Shown in pieces: positions 1-9,788 of a DNA stretch of 64,000 bases; positions within the stretch are counted from its first letter, which is position 1, and each line of letters opens with the position of its first letter. A model generated the notes under the pieces. That model saw only the letters and a list, made by a program, of their open reading frames with translations, made no database searches and was not told the origin of the DNA. This DNA comes from Macrostomum lignano (taxonomy: Eukaryota). The translations under genes and the position numbers were made by a program. The stretch covers positions 1,240,001 to 1,304,000 of the forward strand of contig NIVC01000010.1 in the NCBI GenBank assembly GCA_002269645.1. Direction: 5' to 3'.

Positions 1-143
1 AACAGTCTAGCACTCTCTAATGGCAAATATTTAGGCCTCTAGTTATCTTTTGCCATAAAGAACGCCCATTACGAGCGTAAATAAGGATCTGTAGATAAAC
101 AAAGTTACATGAATTTCTAATCTACTAATGTTTTAGCCAAAAA

Positions 144-2183
144 ATGCACTCGACAAGACAACAAAGTTACTTCCCTCAAGCATCCGCCGGTGTGGCAAAG
201 AAGTTTCGAGCGGCCAACGGAACAGGCAGCTCTGTGGAAAATATTATGCATTTAATTTCCAGTCTCACACAACCTGCAAGCGGCTGCAACTTCTATGTAA
301 CTTTAGACGACAAAACACTTCAGCGGTTGAACTCAATGGTCGATGAGGTCACAAGCTGCACTCGAGACCGACTTCCGCTAGACAACATGGAACTAATTCA
401 GGAACACCAAAAAATGAGCTTCACAGGTGAAATGTTTCAAAAGTTGCTTCAACATGCAGCCACAGAAATTTCAAAGTTCCTGATGATGAATGTTAGACAG
501 AATACTCAGGCTTCAGAAATGAATTTACGGGCAGCGCAACAAGGAAATAAGGCTCAAACAGGTAAGAGCAAGGTGCTGCGGTACTACAACAACAGCACAC
601 CTGGTGGCAGAGCGTCATCCGTGCCGCAGACTCTGGACTTCCGCAATCAGCGATGGGACACGAGTGGAATGCCGGCCTCGATTCCACAACACCTGTGGGA
701 CATGAGACGAGAGGAGAACAGGTGGCAGTACTTCCACCTGCCAGATGCCAGCTTCACAGCGGCTCACCTGGTGTCAGTGACGGATCTGGCTGCTGACGGA
801 TTCTTCTACCTGCAGGAGTCGGACAGAGTAAAGTGTGCATTCTGCAAGGGTGTGCTCAAGGACTGGGAGGCGGGCGAGCAGGTCCGAGAGGCTCACAGAC
901 GCCACTTCTCCACCTGTCCGTTCGTGCTGTTCGTCGAGGTCGGCAACGTGCCTCGAGAACACAGAGAGCCGGAAGGAGACTCGAGGTCAGCAAAGCTGGT
1001 AGAGGCAGTGCAGTGCAGTGATCAGACTGCAGATGATGCAGCAGTGATGGTGAACGGAGACTGGAGAATGAAGCTGGTCGCTGAGCTACCACCGATGGAG
1101 TTCGCTGGACTGAACGAGTGGGCACTGGCGACACGCGAAACTCGTGGACCGAATGCACGACGCGTTGTGGACGACGAGCTGGTCGTAGTCGACATGATGA
1201 AGCGTCCTCAGCTTCCAGTGTCGAGCGAAGTAGCGAGATCTGCGTGCTCCGAGAGAGCTCTCACGAACCTGTCTGCTCTGCAGCACAGTGTCGAGAGTGA
1301 TCCATCGAGTGTGACTGCCAAACACACACAGTTCGAGACCTACCAAGCGAGGTCGCAGTCTCTGCACTCGGCTCTCGTTCAGCAGCCAGTGTACTTGCTT
1401 GCAAAGGCGGGCTTCTTCTACTCGGAAGCAGAGAGAGCGACCTGCTGCTTCAGCTGCGGACTTTGCATGAGCGAGTGGAGCTGCGACGATGATGTGTGGG
1501 TTGAGCACGCCAGGTGGTCACCTCGGTGTCCTCACGTGTTGTTGGAGCGAGGTAGCGACTTTGTACAGGCGGTGCATCGACTGTCGCCTCCCGTGCAGCA
1601 CCCGACTTGTGGCGCCTCAGCTCAGCGTCACACTGCATTGGTACAGACGGACTCAACTGCATCAGCTGGTGTTGCGACTGTCGACGGGTCCGCAGTCCAC
1701 AGCAGTCGCGCAGACGAGGCTCTCGCAGTCACTCCTGGAGTCGAGTTCAGAGTTGAGGCCAGAGACATCAAGGCGAGAGCCGACCTGCCCGTTGTGAGAC
1801 TGCTCACTCAACTCGGATTCTCCGCTCTGCAAGTGAGACTGTTCACAGAGCTGCATCTCAGACAGCGAGGCGATGACTTTGCCACATCGGAGCTGTTCCT
1901 CGACTTCATGCTCACCGAGAGCCGCCGCATGCGCAAGCAGTCGCAGGACCCGGAGGCGTTCTTCGAGAGCAGGATGTCTCAGATTCGAGAGTCTCTGAAC
2001 CAACAGCCGAGACCCCGAGACACAACCGACTGGAAGACGTGCAAGGTGTGCATGGACAAGGAGGTGAACATCATGCTGCTGGACTGTGGTCACGTGGCCT
2101 GCTGCTCAGTGTGCGCCAAGTCGCTGAAGACGTGCCCCATCTGCAGAGCCTTCATTCGGGGTGTACTTTTTCTGCGGGACTGA
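144..2183 (+). CDS. Inhibitor of apoptosis protein (IAP/BIRC family), BIR-BIR-UBA-RING, intronless
   Basis: 679-aa ORF. Two BIR motifs (GFFY..DRVKCAFC..L.DW....H..H...C; AGFFY....CCFSC....W.....W.EH..W.P.C), a UBA-like segment (LPVVRLLTQLGFS, cf. the MGF loop) and a C-terminal C3HC4 RING (CKVCMD...CGH..CC..CA..L..CPICR). Confidence 0.95.
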   Translation: MHSTRQQSYFPQASAGVAKKFRAANGTGSSVENIMHLISSLTQPASGCNFYVTLDDKTLQRLNSMVDEVTSCTRDRLPLDNMELIQEHQKMSFTGEMFQKLLQHAATEISKFLMMNVRQNTQASEMNLRAAQQGNKAQTGKSKVLRYYNNSTPGGRASSVPQTLDFRNQRWDTSGMPASIPQHLWDMRREENRWQYFHLPDASFTAAHLVSVTDLAADGFFYLQESDRVKCAFCKGVLKDWEAGEQVREAHRRHFSTCPFVLFVEVGNVPREHREPEGDSRSAKLVEAVQCSDQTADDAAVMVNGDWRMKLVAELPPMEFAGLNEWALATRETRGPNARRVVDDELVVVDMMKRPQLPVSSEVARSACSERALTNLSALQHSVESDPSSVTAKHTQFETYQARSQSLHSALVQQPVYLLAKAGFFYSEAERATCCFSCGLCMSEWSCDDDVWVEHARWSPRCPHVLLERGSDFVQAVHRLSPPVQHPTCGASAQRHTALVQTDSTASAGVATVDGSAVHSSRADEALAVTPGVEFRVEARDIKARADLPVVRLLTQLGFSALQVRLFTELHLRQRGDDFATSELFLDFMLTESRRMRKQSQDPEAFFESRMSQIRESLNQQPRPRDTTDWKTCKVCMDKEVNIMLLDCGHVACCSVCAKSLKTCPICRAFIRGVLFLRD

Positions 2184-2452
2184 TGAACTCGTACAGTGGG
2201 TGGACTGTGAATTTTTTATACCTGGTAGTCAATAATGGTATTTCTCAACGTTTACTTTGCTTTTCTATCAAAAATGTATCTTTATCATTTTCTTTTTGTT
2301 TTTTGAACTGTCTTTCAGTTTTAAAAGCTTTTGTTTTCAGCTATTGCGTGAGACAATAGTTTGTTTGTCCCACTCCGTATTTCCGCCTATTTATCCAGTC
2401 CAGTCTTACATAAAATTCGGTTTAAAGCTGTCTAATTACGAGCGTACTTGCT

Positions 2453-2700
2453 TATCTAAATATACTAAATCTCTAAAATTTGTTTGTATGTTTGTCCATA
2501 ACGCTCTAGAGATTGCAATTCTTGACAGATTTCCATATACTAAAAATGGTTTGTTTGTTTGTTTGTTTGTACGAAATCGATTATCTCCCAAAAGGCTTGA
2601 CCGATTTTCTTTGAACTTGCACTGTTCGATCAGAAATTTTTCCGTGAGGGTACATGCATCGTGGCTAAGAAATTACTCGATGTTAAAGGGATTAAATATT
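2453..2700 (+). mobile_element. Possible non-autonomous Helitron-type 5' termini, two in tandem
   Basis: Two starts of the form (TC..)ATATACTAAA followed by (TTTG)n microsatellite; the second continues with ATCTC..AAAAGGCTTGACCGATTTT. This resembles Helitron/DINE-like 5' ends from recall; no 3' hairpin-CTRR end was identified. Confidence 0.3.
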
Positions 2701-2937
2701 CGAAAAATAAAATCTCTAAAACTTTAAGACTAAAGCCATTAATAAAAAAATTGAAAGACCTGAAATTACCCATGCAGACTTTGCTCCTTAGTCTTCAGTC
2801 ATGCCTTGGCAGTGAAGCAGGGGATAATTAATTTAGTTGGTGGTATATTTATTAGTAATAATTAAACCATTGGAAGTTTAATCGGATTGTTTAGTCTATT
2901 CATCGTAAAACATCCACCTAATTCTGATCTGCAGCGA

Positions 2938-3767
2938 TCAGCCTTGAAAACCGAAGAATCGCTTCGACTGAGGAGCACCGATGGGAATGTTGTACTCGAG
3001 GATGAGCACCTTCATCATGGCGTACATGCAGCGCCTGTTGCACCTCTCGCTGCTATCGTCGCAGTCGCATTCGCTGGGCAACTCGCCAGCCAGCATCCTG
3101 GTGCCCATCTTGGCGTTCTCCATGTTCTCCACGATCTTGTCGTAGCTCAGAGAGCCATCCGGCGGGCAGCGGACTCCGTTGACGATGCAGGGGCGCAGGA
3201 AGGCTTCAAGCTGGCCCTCGGTGAGCCGGTTGCGGCCGCCCGGCTGAGCAGACTGGGAAAGAGCGAGTTAAGATTGATTATGCACAGAATTATTAGCAAT
3301 TATGAGTATTGAGAGCGTTCATTTACATGTAAGAGTCACGTCTGTATTGGATGTGGACGGGCATCTGGACGGGAATCAGCACTGGATTCGGACAGATCTG
3401 CATTGGATTCGGACAGATCTGCACTGGATTCGGACAGATTTGCACTGGATTCGGACAGATCTGCACTGGATTCGGACAGATCTGCATTGGATTCGGACAG
3501 ATCTGCACTGGATTCGGACAGATCTGCACTGGATTCGGACAGATCTGCATTGGATTCGGACAGATCTGCATTGGATTCGGGCATATCTGCATTGGATTCG
3601 GACATTCTGGAAGATCTGCATTGGATTCGGACAGATCTGCACTGTATTCGGACAGATCTGCATTGGATTCGGACAGATCTGCACTGGATTCGGACATTCA
3701 CAATAAATAGAGGTCTTACCACAGTGGCCACGATGGCAAAAAAAGCAGCACAGACGATGAGCTTCAT
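2938..3767 (-). CDS. Two-exon 120-aa secreted Cys-rich protein / putative prohormone (exon 1 3767-3720, exon 2 3252-2938)
   Basis: Exon 1 MKLIVCAAFFAIVATV ends at a GTAAG donor (phase 0). The acceptor CTTTCCCAG at 3253 gives in-frame SAQPGGRNRLTEGQLEAFLRPCIVNGVRC...ECDCDDSSERCNRRC...QSKRFFGFQG*. Hydrophobic signal peptide; AATAAA about 85 nt downstream (2848-2853). Confidence 0.8.
3380..3697. repeat. 21-bp minisatellite (TGGATTCGGACAGATCTGCAY), about 15 copies, inside the intron of the secreted-protein gene
   Basis: Directly visible tandem unit; accounts for the repetitive WIRTDLH/QICPNP ORFs. Confidence 0.95.
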
Positions 3768-4559
3768 GATTGAGAGGTGGTTAAGCTGTTCTCAAGTTGC
3801 AGTTGCAGTGATCTGGCTGAGGAAAACGATTTGCTGCCTCCCTAAAGTTTCGAATGCCGTTAAATAGACTTTTTACAGCAATTATTGCAACGGAATGTGT
3901 CGAATCTGACTTTAATGGTTTTCTTCCGGCCGGGAGGGGGGCGTATGGGATGGTGAAAATTGGAGGGTCGACAAAAAGAGCAGGAAGCTTTTAATGCGAG
4001 GTCATTATGTAGAGTTTTTCGACAATATCCAACTTATAGTGTCATTCGGTACGGAAACTTTAGATAAGCTTTCACAGTTTAAATAGTGCTCGAACAGTTT
4101 TCCCTCAAAAGAGAAATGTCTGCTAAAAATGCTCTACCGCTTTGGTCTGGAGCGGCAAACGCGTCCGACGCTCGCTCCAGAACCCCTGGTTCGATTCCCT
4201 GCGCGGCCACATTCATTTCTGGAGTTTGCGCCTGCGCCTGCGTACATTATTGGCGCCTTGGCGCTCAGAAATTAGAATTGCCTTAGTCGCTGAAGGCGTC
4301 GCACCAGGGGCTCATAACCTTCCTGCAATCATTAGTATGTCCCCGTTTAAAGGATGTCATTTTGCGCAGAATGAGGAATGTTAATGGCTACTGACAGTTT
4401 ATTTTGAAGTTTTGTAGCTCTAACGTTTTTAATAGATTGGCTCGCTTTCGATGTCTCCTGGTCGTCAAGGATGGAAAAACTGCTTAAGAAATAATTTGGA
4501 ACCAACCAATCTTAAATAGGTTTTAAATGGGCAACGATGTTGCCCACAAATGCTTTCAT

Positions 4560-5110
4560 CGCTTCAAAACAGTCTTTGTTTTATTAAAGTATAAGCCTTC
4601 GTTAGTAGTAGGCCTCACTCGGACGAAGGTGCGAAGGTTGTCCGGGGTGGTCAGCTCGTCCATCCGCTTAGGTTGGTCGAGGTATTTGTGCCGCGCCTTA
4701 TTGAACTGAGGGGTGGAGGTGATGTGATGCTCCGCGGTCTCCTCTGGCCTATGCCCTAGAAAAGACAGGGCTTGTTTGTAATGGAAAATGTCTCTGGAAA
4801 AATCCATGGCCGATCAAGACCATGCACATTTCCCTGAGGTCGGTTCTATTTAGTGAGATCAGATATTCAGAGACTTTCCTGTTTAGGTTAGGCATTGCAG
4901 TTAGGTCTGCTTGTACTCTGTGCAGCTGTTCCTGTGGAGCTGGTGCTGCTGGTGGAGCCACCTGTTTGTTGATGGGTAGTCTCATCAGACTGTGGTTGCT
5001 GTCTGGGTTGCTGCCCTCCTTGACGAGAGAATCCGCGAGTTCGTTACCCAAAATATTGATGTGACCATGCAGGTGTCCAAATGATACTAATCCAGTTAAG
5101 GACTGAGAGG
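4560..5110 (-). mobile_element. Degenerate 3' fragment of an RNase H-bearing non-LTR retrotransposon (same group as the 27-33 kb LINE)
   Basis: Frameshifted peptides [19 protein letters not shown] (RNase H end), [20 protein letters not shown] and EETAEHH parallel the C-terminus of the 30567-33104 ORF (PGHVGIRGNELADTLAK; LLRLSRRDIRAATMTLSGHG; DETAEHF). Confidence 0.8.
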
Positions 5111-5227
5111 GATTGTACACTGTGAAAATAAAAGTAGCGTAATCTAAAACAAAAAGCTACGTTGAGGTCATGTCAAGCATGGAAGAAGCGTCGTTTTAAA
5201 TATTGTCTTGAGACGTCAAGACTGACG

Positions 5228-5310
5228 GCGGGATTGCTGAGATGTCAAGGCTTACTGGGGGATTACTGAGATGCCAAGGCTTACTGGGGGATTACCTAGA
5301 TGTCAAGGCT
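5228..5310 (-). repeat. Dispersed ~29-bp minisatellite family, copy 1
   Basis: Reverse complement reads CCTTGACATCTCAGTAATCCCCCAGTAAG repeats, matching the copies at 19.0 kb and 34.5 kb. Confidence 0.7.
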
Positions 5311-8023
5311 GAGAGTTCAGAAGCTACATGTAGTTTATTCAAAAATCTTTAGTCCATTCCTTTGTTGTTGGCTCTCCAACGCTTTCTATCGGGGGATGCT
5401 TGCTATCGAGTGATCGCTTGCTGTCGGGGTTGTTTACGATTGAGGGAAGGAAGCCTAGAGAGGCTTAGAATGTTTATGAGCGTAGTTTTATACGATGGTC
5501 AATAGCAAAAATACGAAAGCTACTTTAAATGGCAGATCTATTTAACTTGATCAAATGACACAGCTTTCTAATACTTTTGCTGGGTCTGCCAGCTAATTTT
5601 ACTTTCTGCAAAATGAATTAATGTCAACCGGACAAGAGGAAATGTGCATACGTTTTGGTTTCTACAACAGTATCTCAGCTTGATATGTATTTAGTTCACG
5701 AATCGATTCAGATATGTATTTAACCCCTTCCGTGACTGAGCAGAACCTGGATATTTAGGTCCACTATTAGAATTTCATCATGGCGTTGGTGTATGGAGGG
5801 CCCGTTGCACTGGAGACAGTGTAGGGACCTCTGCGATTTTAATTTTGTTCGTACGCTAACACCCACTGTTACAGGCTCTAATAAATAAGCAGCGTTTTCA
5901 CTAAGCGTATGTTACTCGTATAGCATCAACAACCGGAAATGAAAGTATTGGAGTTTGGAATTTTTATCATCTGTTTCCGGTTCAGTTTATATTGCTCCTA
6001 GTTAATTGCTGGATTGTTTGGAGCGATTATAAAGACTGAATGGTGACTGACACGTGATGCATCAGCTAATAGTTCGGCTATTAACAGTGGGAATACCAAG
6101 CCATTTTTCCGCCCGTAGAACTACCAAGAGGGGGGAATTCCCCCTGACAATTTTTTTGCTGCGCCGTATTGGAGCAACGCAGGGCACAGGAAATTCAAGA
6201 ACACGGGCTAACTTTTTGTTGAGTACCTTCTCAAATCAGAATCAAGTCGCGAGCCCTCCGGACCGTCGAGACATTCGACGATTCTGCCAGAAGGTTGGAT
6301 TTTTCCCAGTGCAGCCTTGCCAAGTCTCGAAATTTCATCAGCACGTCGATCACATTTGTCTGCATCAGCTCTGACTTCGTTGGTCACTGGATTTTACACA
6401 GGCGGAGCTTCTGGACCTTCAACAGGTGGCACCAGGTGACTATGGACACCCTAATGCGACTTTCTCTAGTTTCGCTGATCAAGCCTCGACAGTGGGCAAG
6501 CCTCAACTGCTGGACATCCTAGGCTAGTCTCTCAAGCATTCCGTTATCACCCGGACGCCGTCGGCACGTTCAACAGATTACACCAGGCGACTATGGACGC
6601 GCTGTTGCGAATTTCTGTGATTTCGCTGACCGGAACAGTTGCTCTGATCAGTTGCTCCTGTACAATGAGCTGGTTTTGTTTGAGGCTAGCTCTTAGACTT
6701 GATTTTGATCTTAATCTTAGTCTTAATCTAGTGGGTGTCATTTTGCTCTCCAGAGGGGGGGAATTGGTTAGTTTTAACTGTCCAAACTTCACACTGACAC
6801 TGAGGTAGAGCAAACTTCATCGCATCCACAGCAGTGACTTCATTACCTTTGATCTTTTCTGCAATCATTTTGCCTCTTTCGAACGGATTCTGGCCCATCT
6901 GCATAAAAAAGAAAAGTGCTGCGTAAGTGATGGAATGATTAAACCAGCAAACTTGTTTACCTCAAGGGCCAGGTAAAGAACTTTGCTAATGCTGCGGCCC
7001 GGATGGGAGAGGACAGAAGAGAGGAAAGGCGAGAGAGATAAGAGAAGAGAGGAATGAAGGGAGAGGAGAAGAGAAGATGAGAGAGGTGGACCTGGGCACC
7101 TGAGAGAGGTGGATGAGAGAGAGGAGAGAGGTAGTCGCCGTTTCTTACGACTCGATTAAAGAAACATCTAATTCTGCTTCAATAAGGATTCCCCATCATT
7201 TGCCCTGCTCTCAGTTGAGTCTGGAAACTGATAGCCGCCATGAAGCATGCAGAGCATGCAATCAGACAGGTAAAGAGAATGCAGTGAGACAAAAGGAAGC
7301 ATCAGACACATTCGTCCCAAATCCCGGTATCTGAAACCGGTAAAACGGATATTTCAGGAAAAGCAATACCGTCCTCAAGCATTGTGGATTCAAATCTGAA
7401 TGCACTGAGGAATTATTCAAGGTGTTAAAAATGAGAATTTCTTTGCTGCACCAAAAGAGGTCCCAAGCATCACCGCAGAGCGGCGGCCTGGCTTTCTCCA
7501 TAGGTCGTCAAGGCCCTACAGCTCCTATTATATTTCTAGTCTTCCAACTTGTCTTCATGGCTTTCCATCAACGACTTCAATAATCCTAATTAGTGTTAAT
7601 TTCGTTTCCCTCTTTGGCAACAACAGCCATTACGCCTCCTCCTTGCACTTTGATACTATGGCATCATTGACTATGGTGTCATCGAAGCTTCAGCCGTGGC
7701 ATGCGCGACATGTCCGTCCGATAAAGAACTTCTGATTTATTTTCGTCATACATCCGAGTGATGCACTGGTCTCACTCCGTCCGGCCAAGCGATAAAGTTG
7801 ATGAAAAATAGTTTGAGCAGGTTTTGCTCGTTTCCGCATTTTGAGCAGGTTTTGCTGTCCGAGGCATTCTCCGTCAGGATACGATTCAAGAAGTGTTGCT
7901 CGCCAGTAACACTCACCAGTTACCACTTATAGTGCGTCCAAATGGCCGAATGTCCTTAGCCGCAGCTCCCTCATGCTGAACAAATTTCGATATCTGTTCA
8001 AAGTTCCTGGCGAGGCTGACGAT

Positions 8024-8421
8024 ATTCTCCGCCCTGCAAGTGAGACTGTTCACAGAGCTGCATCTCAGACTGCGAGGCGATGACTTTGCCACATCGGAGC
8101 TGTTCCTCGACTTCATGCTCAACGAGAGCCGCCGCATGCGCAAGCAGTCGCAGGACCCGGAGGCGTTCTTCGAGAGCAGGATGTCTCAGATTCGGGAGTC
8201 TCTGAACCAACAGCCGAGACCCCGAGACACAACCGACTGGAAGACATGCAAGGTGTGCATGGACAAGGAGGTGAACATCATGCTGCTGGACTGTGGTCAC
8301 GTGGCCTGCTGCTCAGTGTGCGCCAAGTCGCTGAAGACGTGCCCCATCTGCAGAGCCTTCATTCGGGGTGTACTTTTTTCTGCGGGACTGATAAGCTCGT
8401 ACAGGAGCTGGACTGTGAATT
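8024..8421 (+). pseudogene. 5'-truncated near-identical copy of the IAP 3' end (part of UBA + RING + start of 3' UTR)
   Basis: Aligns with 1817-2213 with only scattered substitutions; one extra T in the terminal T-run alters the C-terminus; BIR domains absent. Confidence 0.9.
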
Positions 8422-8756
8422 CTACTAGGATGTGTCCCAATTGCTTCGTCAAAACAGTTTTAATTTCCTATAAACGACGGCACCTAAGCGCTGGTTATAT
8501 TCGTTATACGTGTAGTTTTTAAAACAAGTTCTTTAGGAGCATTCAAAGGTATTCAAATGTATTCTTTTCTTTCAGGAGCATTCAAAGGTATGCTCCTGTA
8601 GTCTCTTTTAGGCTATCAGTCATGTACCCGCATCATCAAAAAAGTTTTTTTGCCAAATAACTAAGATAAGTTTTAAAAGCTTAGGTGCACAGTTTTTACA
8701 TTATATTTGTTCAGTAGTTTGTTTTCCTCTTCATATTTTTGCTTACGATCGTACTT

Positions 8757-9335
8757 ATACAACAACAACAACAACACAATATGCAGTCAGCGTCACAGGG
8801 CGCGCCTCAAGGCCAGGTCGCGGATGAACGCCACGCCGCCAGTCGAATCCGGGGCGCCGGCATCAGCCAGTAGGCAGTCGACGAAACGCCGAGTGCGCGC
8901 CTGCCCCTGTCGGTAGAGTGCCTGCAGCGTTAGCAGCAGCACCTCCTGCACCGGCTGTGGGCAGTAGGACTCGGCGCGGATGATGTGGCCTGCCAGCTGG
9001 AGTCGCTGACCGCGCAAAAGGACGGACCAGGCCGGCGCATTGATACAATGCCGCGTTGGTCACTCGCTCGTAGCCGACCTCGAAGGCGGCGCGCAGCAGG
9101 CCAGCATGCGCCGCGTCAACTTGTTGCTCGATCGACTCCGTCAGCGTCCAGGTCTCGGCGTTGTATAACAGGACGGTCTCGATCACCGCCTAAAACAACG
9201 CCGCCCTCTGGCGGTCAGGTACTGCAGGACTGCCCTCACAGAACGAAAGGCAGCCCAGGCAAGACCGCAGCGACGCCGCAAGTCCTCACGGATGCCGGAA
9301 ACCAGATCACACGACGGTTTTCTACGTGTTGACCA
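8757..9335 (-). mobile_element. 5'-truncated RTE-clade LINE with (TTG)n tail
   Basis: Peptides GLAWAAFRSV, IETVLLYNAETWTLT and RLQLAGHIIRA are typical of RTE RT C-termini; frameshifted; terminal (CAA)n on the plus strand at 8759-8777. Confidence 0.85.
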
Positions 9336-9687
9336 CCAGGCCGACACTCGCCGCAACAGCAACTAGGTTGTCCAGCTGTCGCTGGGCGCCCTCGACAGTT
9401 GAAAACAACAGGGCGAGATCGTCGGCTTAGCCAAGCAACTATGAAGTGAATATGAAATGATGATTGACACATAATACGCAAGCTAAGTTTAGTTATCGAT
9501 TTAGAGACCAACTCCGTCATTTGAGATTTGAAACCGTGGACAGCTAAAATGGAATGACGTTATACTCGCGCATCAAGGTCGATTCTCGCTGCAAAGTTCC
9601 TTAGCGAGCTGGATGAGTTCAGCTCTTGTAGCACTAAATTAGTGAATTCCCCTCCTGGACTGGACGGGCGTACCTGGTAGCACGCCG

Positions 9688-9788
9688 ATGACTGCGTACG
9701 TATTAGCGCGCTTGTGTGTCTGCTCAGGGGAGTCGGCTGTATGGGCAGTAATGCTTCTCGCCGGTTTTGTGACAAAAATGTCGCTTAA
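9688..9788 (+). mobile_element. 3' fragment of SINE-like family B
   Basis: Matches the 3' part of the 12519-12791 and 51499-51805 copies (TGCTCAGGGGAGTCGGC..ATGGGCAG...TGTCGCTTAA). Confidence 0.75.

Noticed and set aside
3302-3867. Several overlapping ORFs with 7-aa repeats (WIRTDLH, QICPNP, SESNADL)
   Set aside because: By-products of the stop-free 21-bp minisatellite, which lies in an intron.
4130-4215. tRNA-like sequence with GGTTCGATTCC and a CTGGAGCG/CGCTCCAG hairpin
   Set aside because: No complete cloverleaf could be built; at most a degenerate SINE head.
5720-5740. TTAACCCCTT piggyBac-like terminus
   Set aside because: No matching opposite end was found.
6054-7990. Short ORFs and possible gag or transposase relics
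   Set aside because: No diagnostic motif recognisable; probably decayed TE sequence, but I cannot support a family call.
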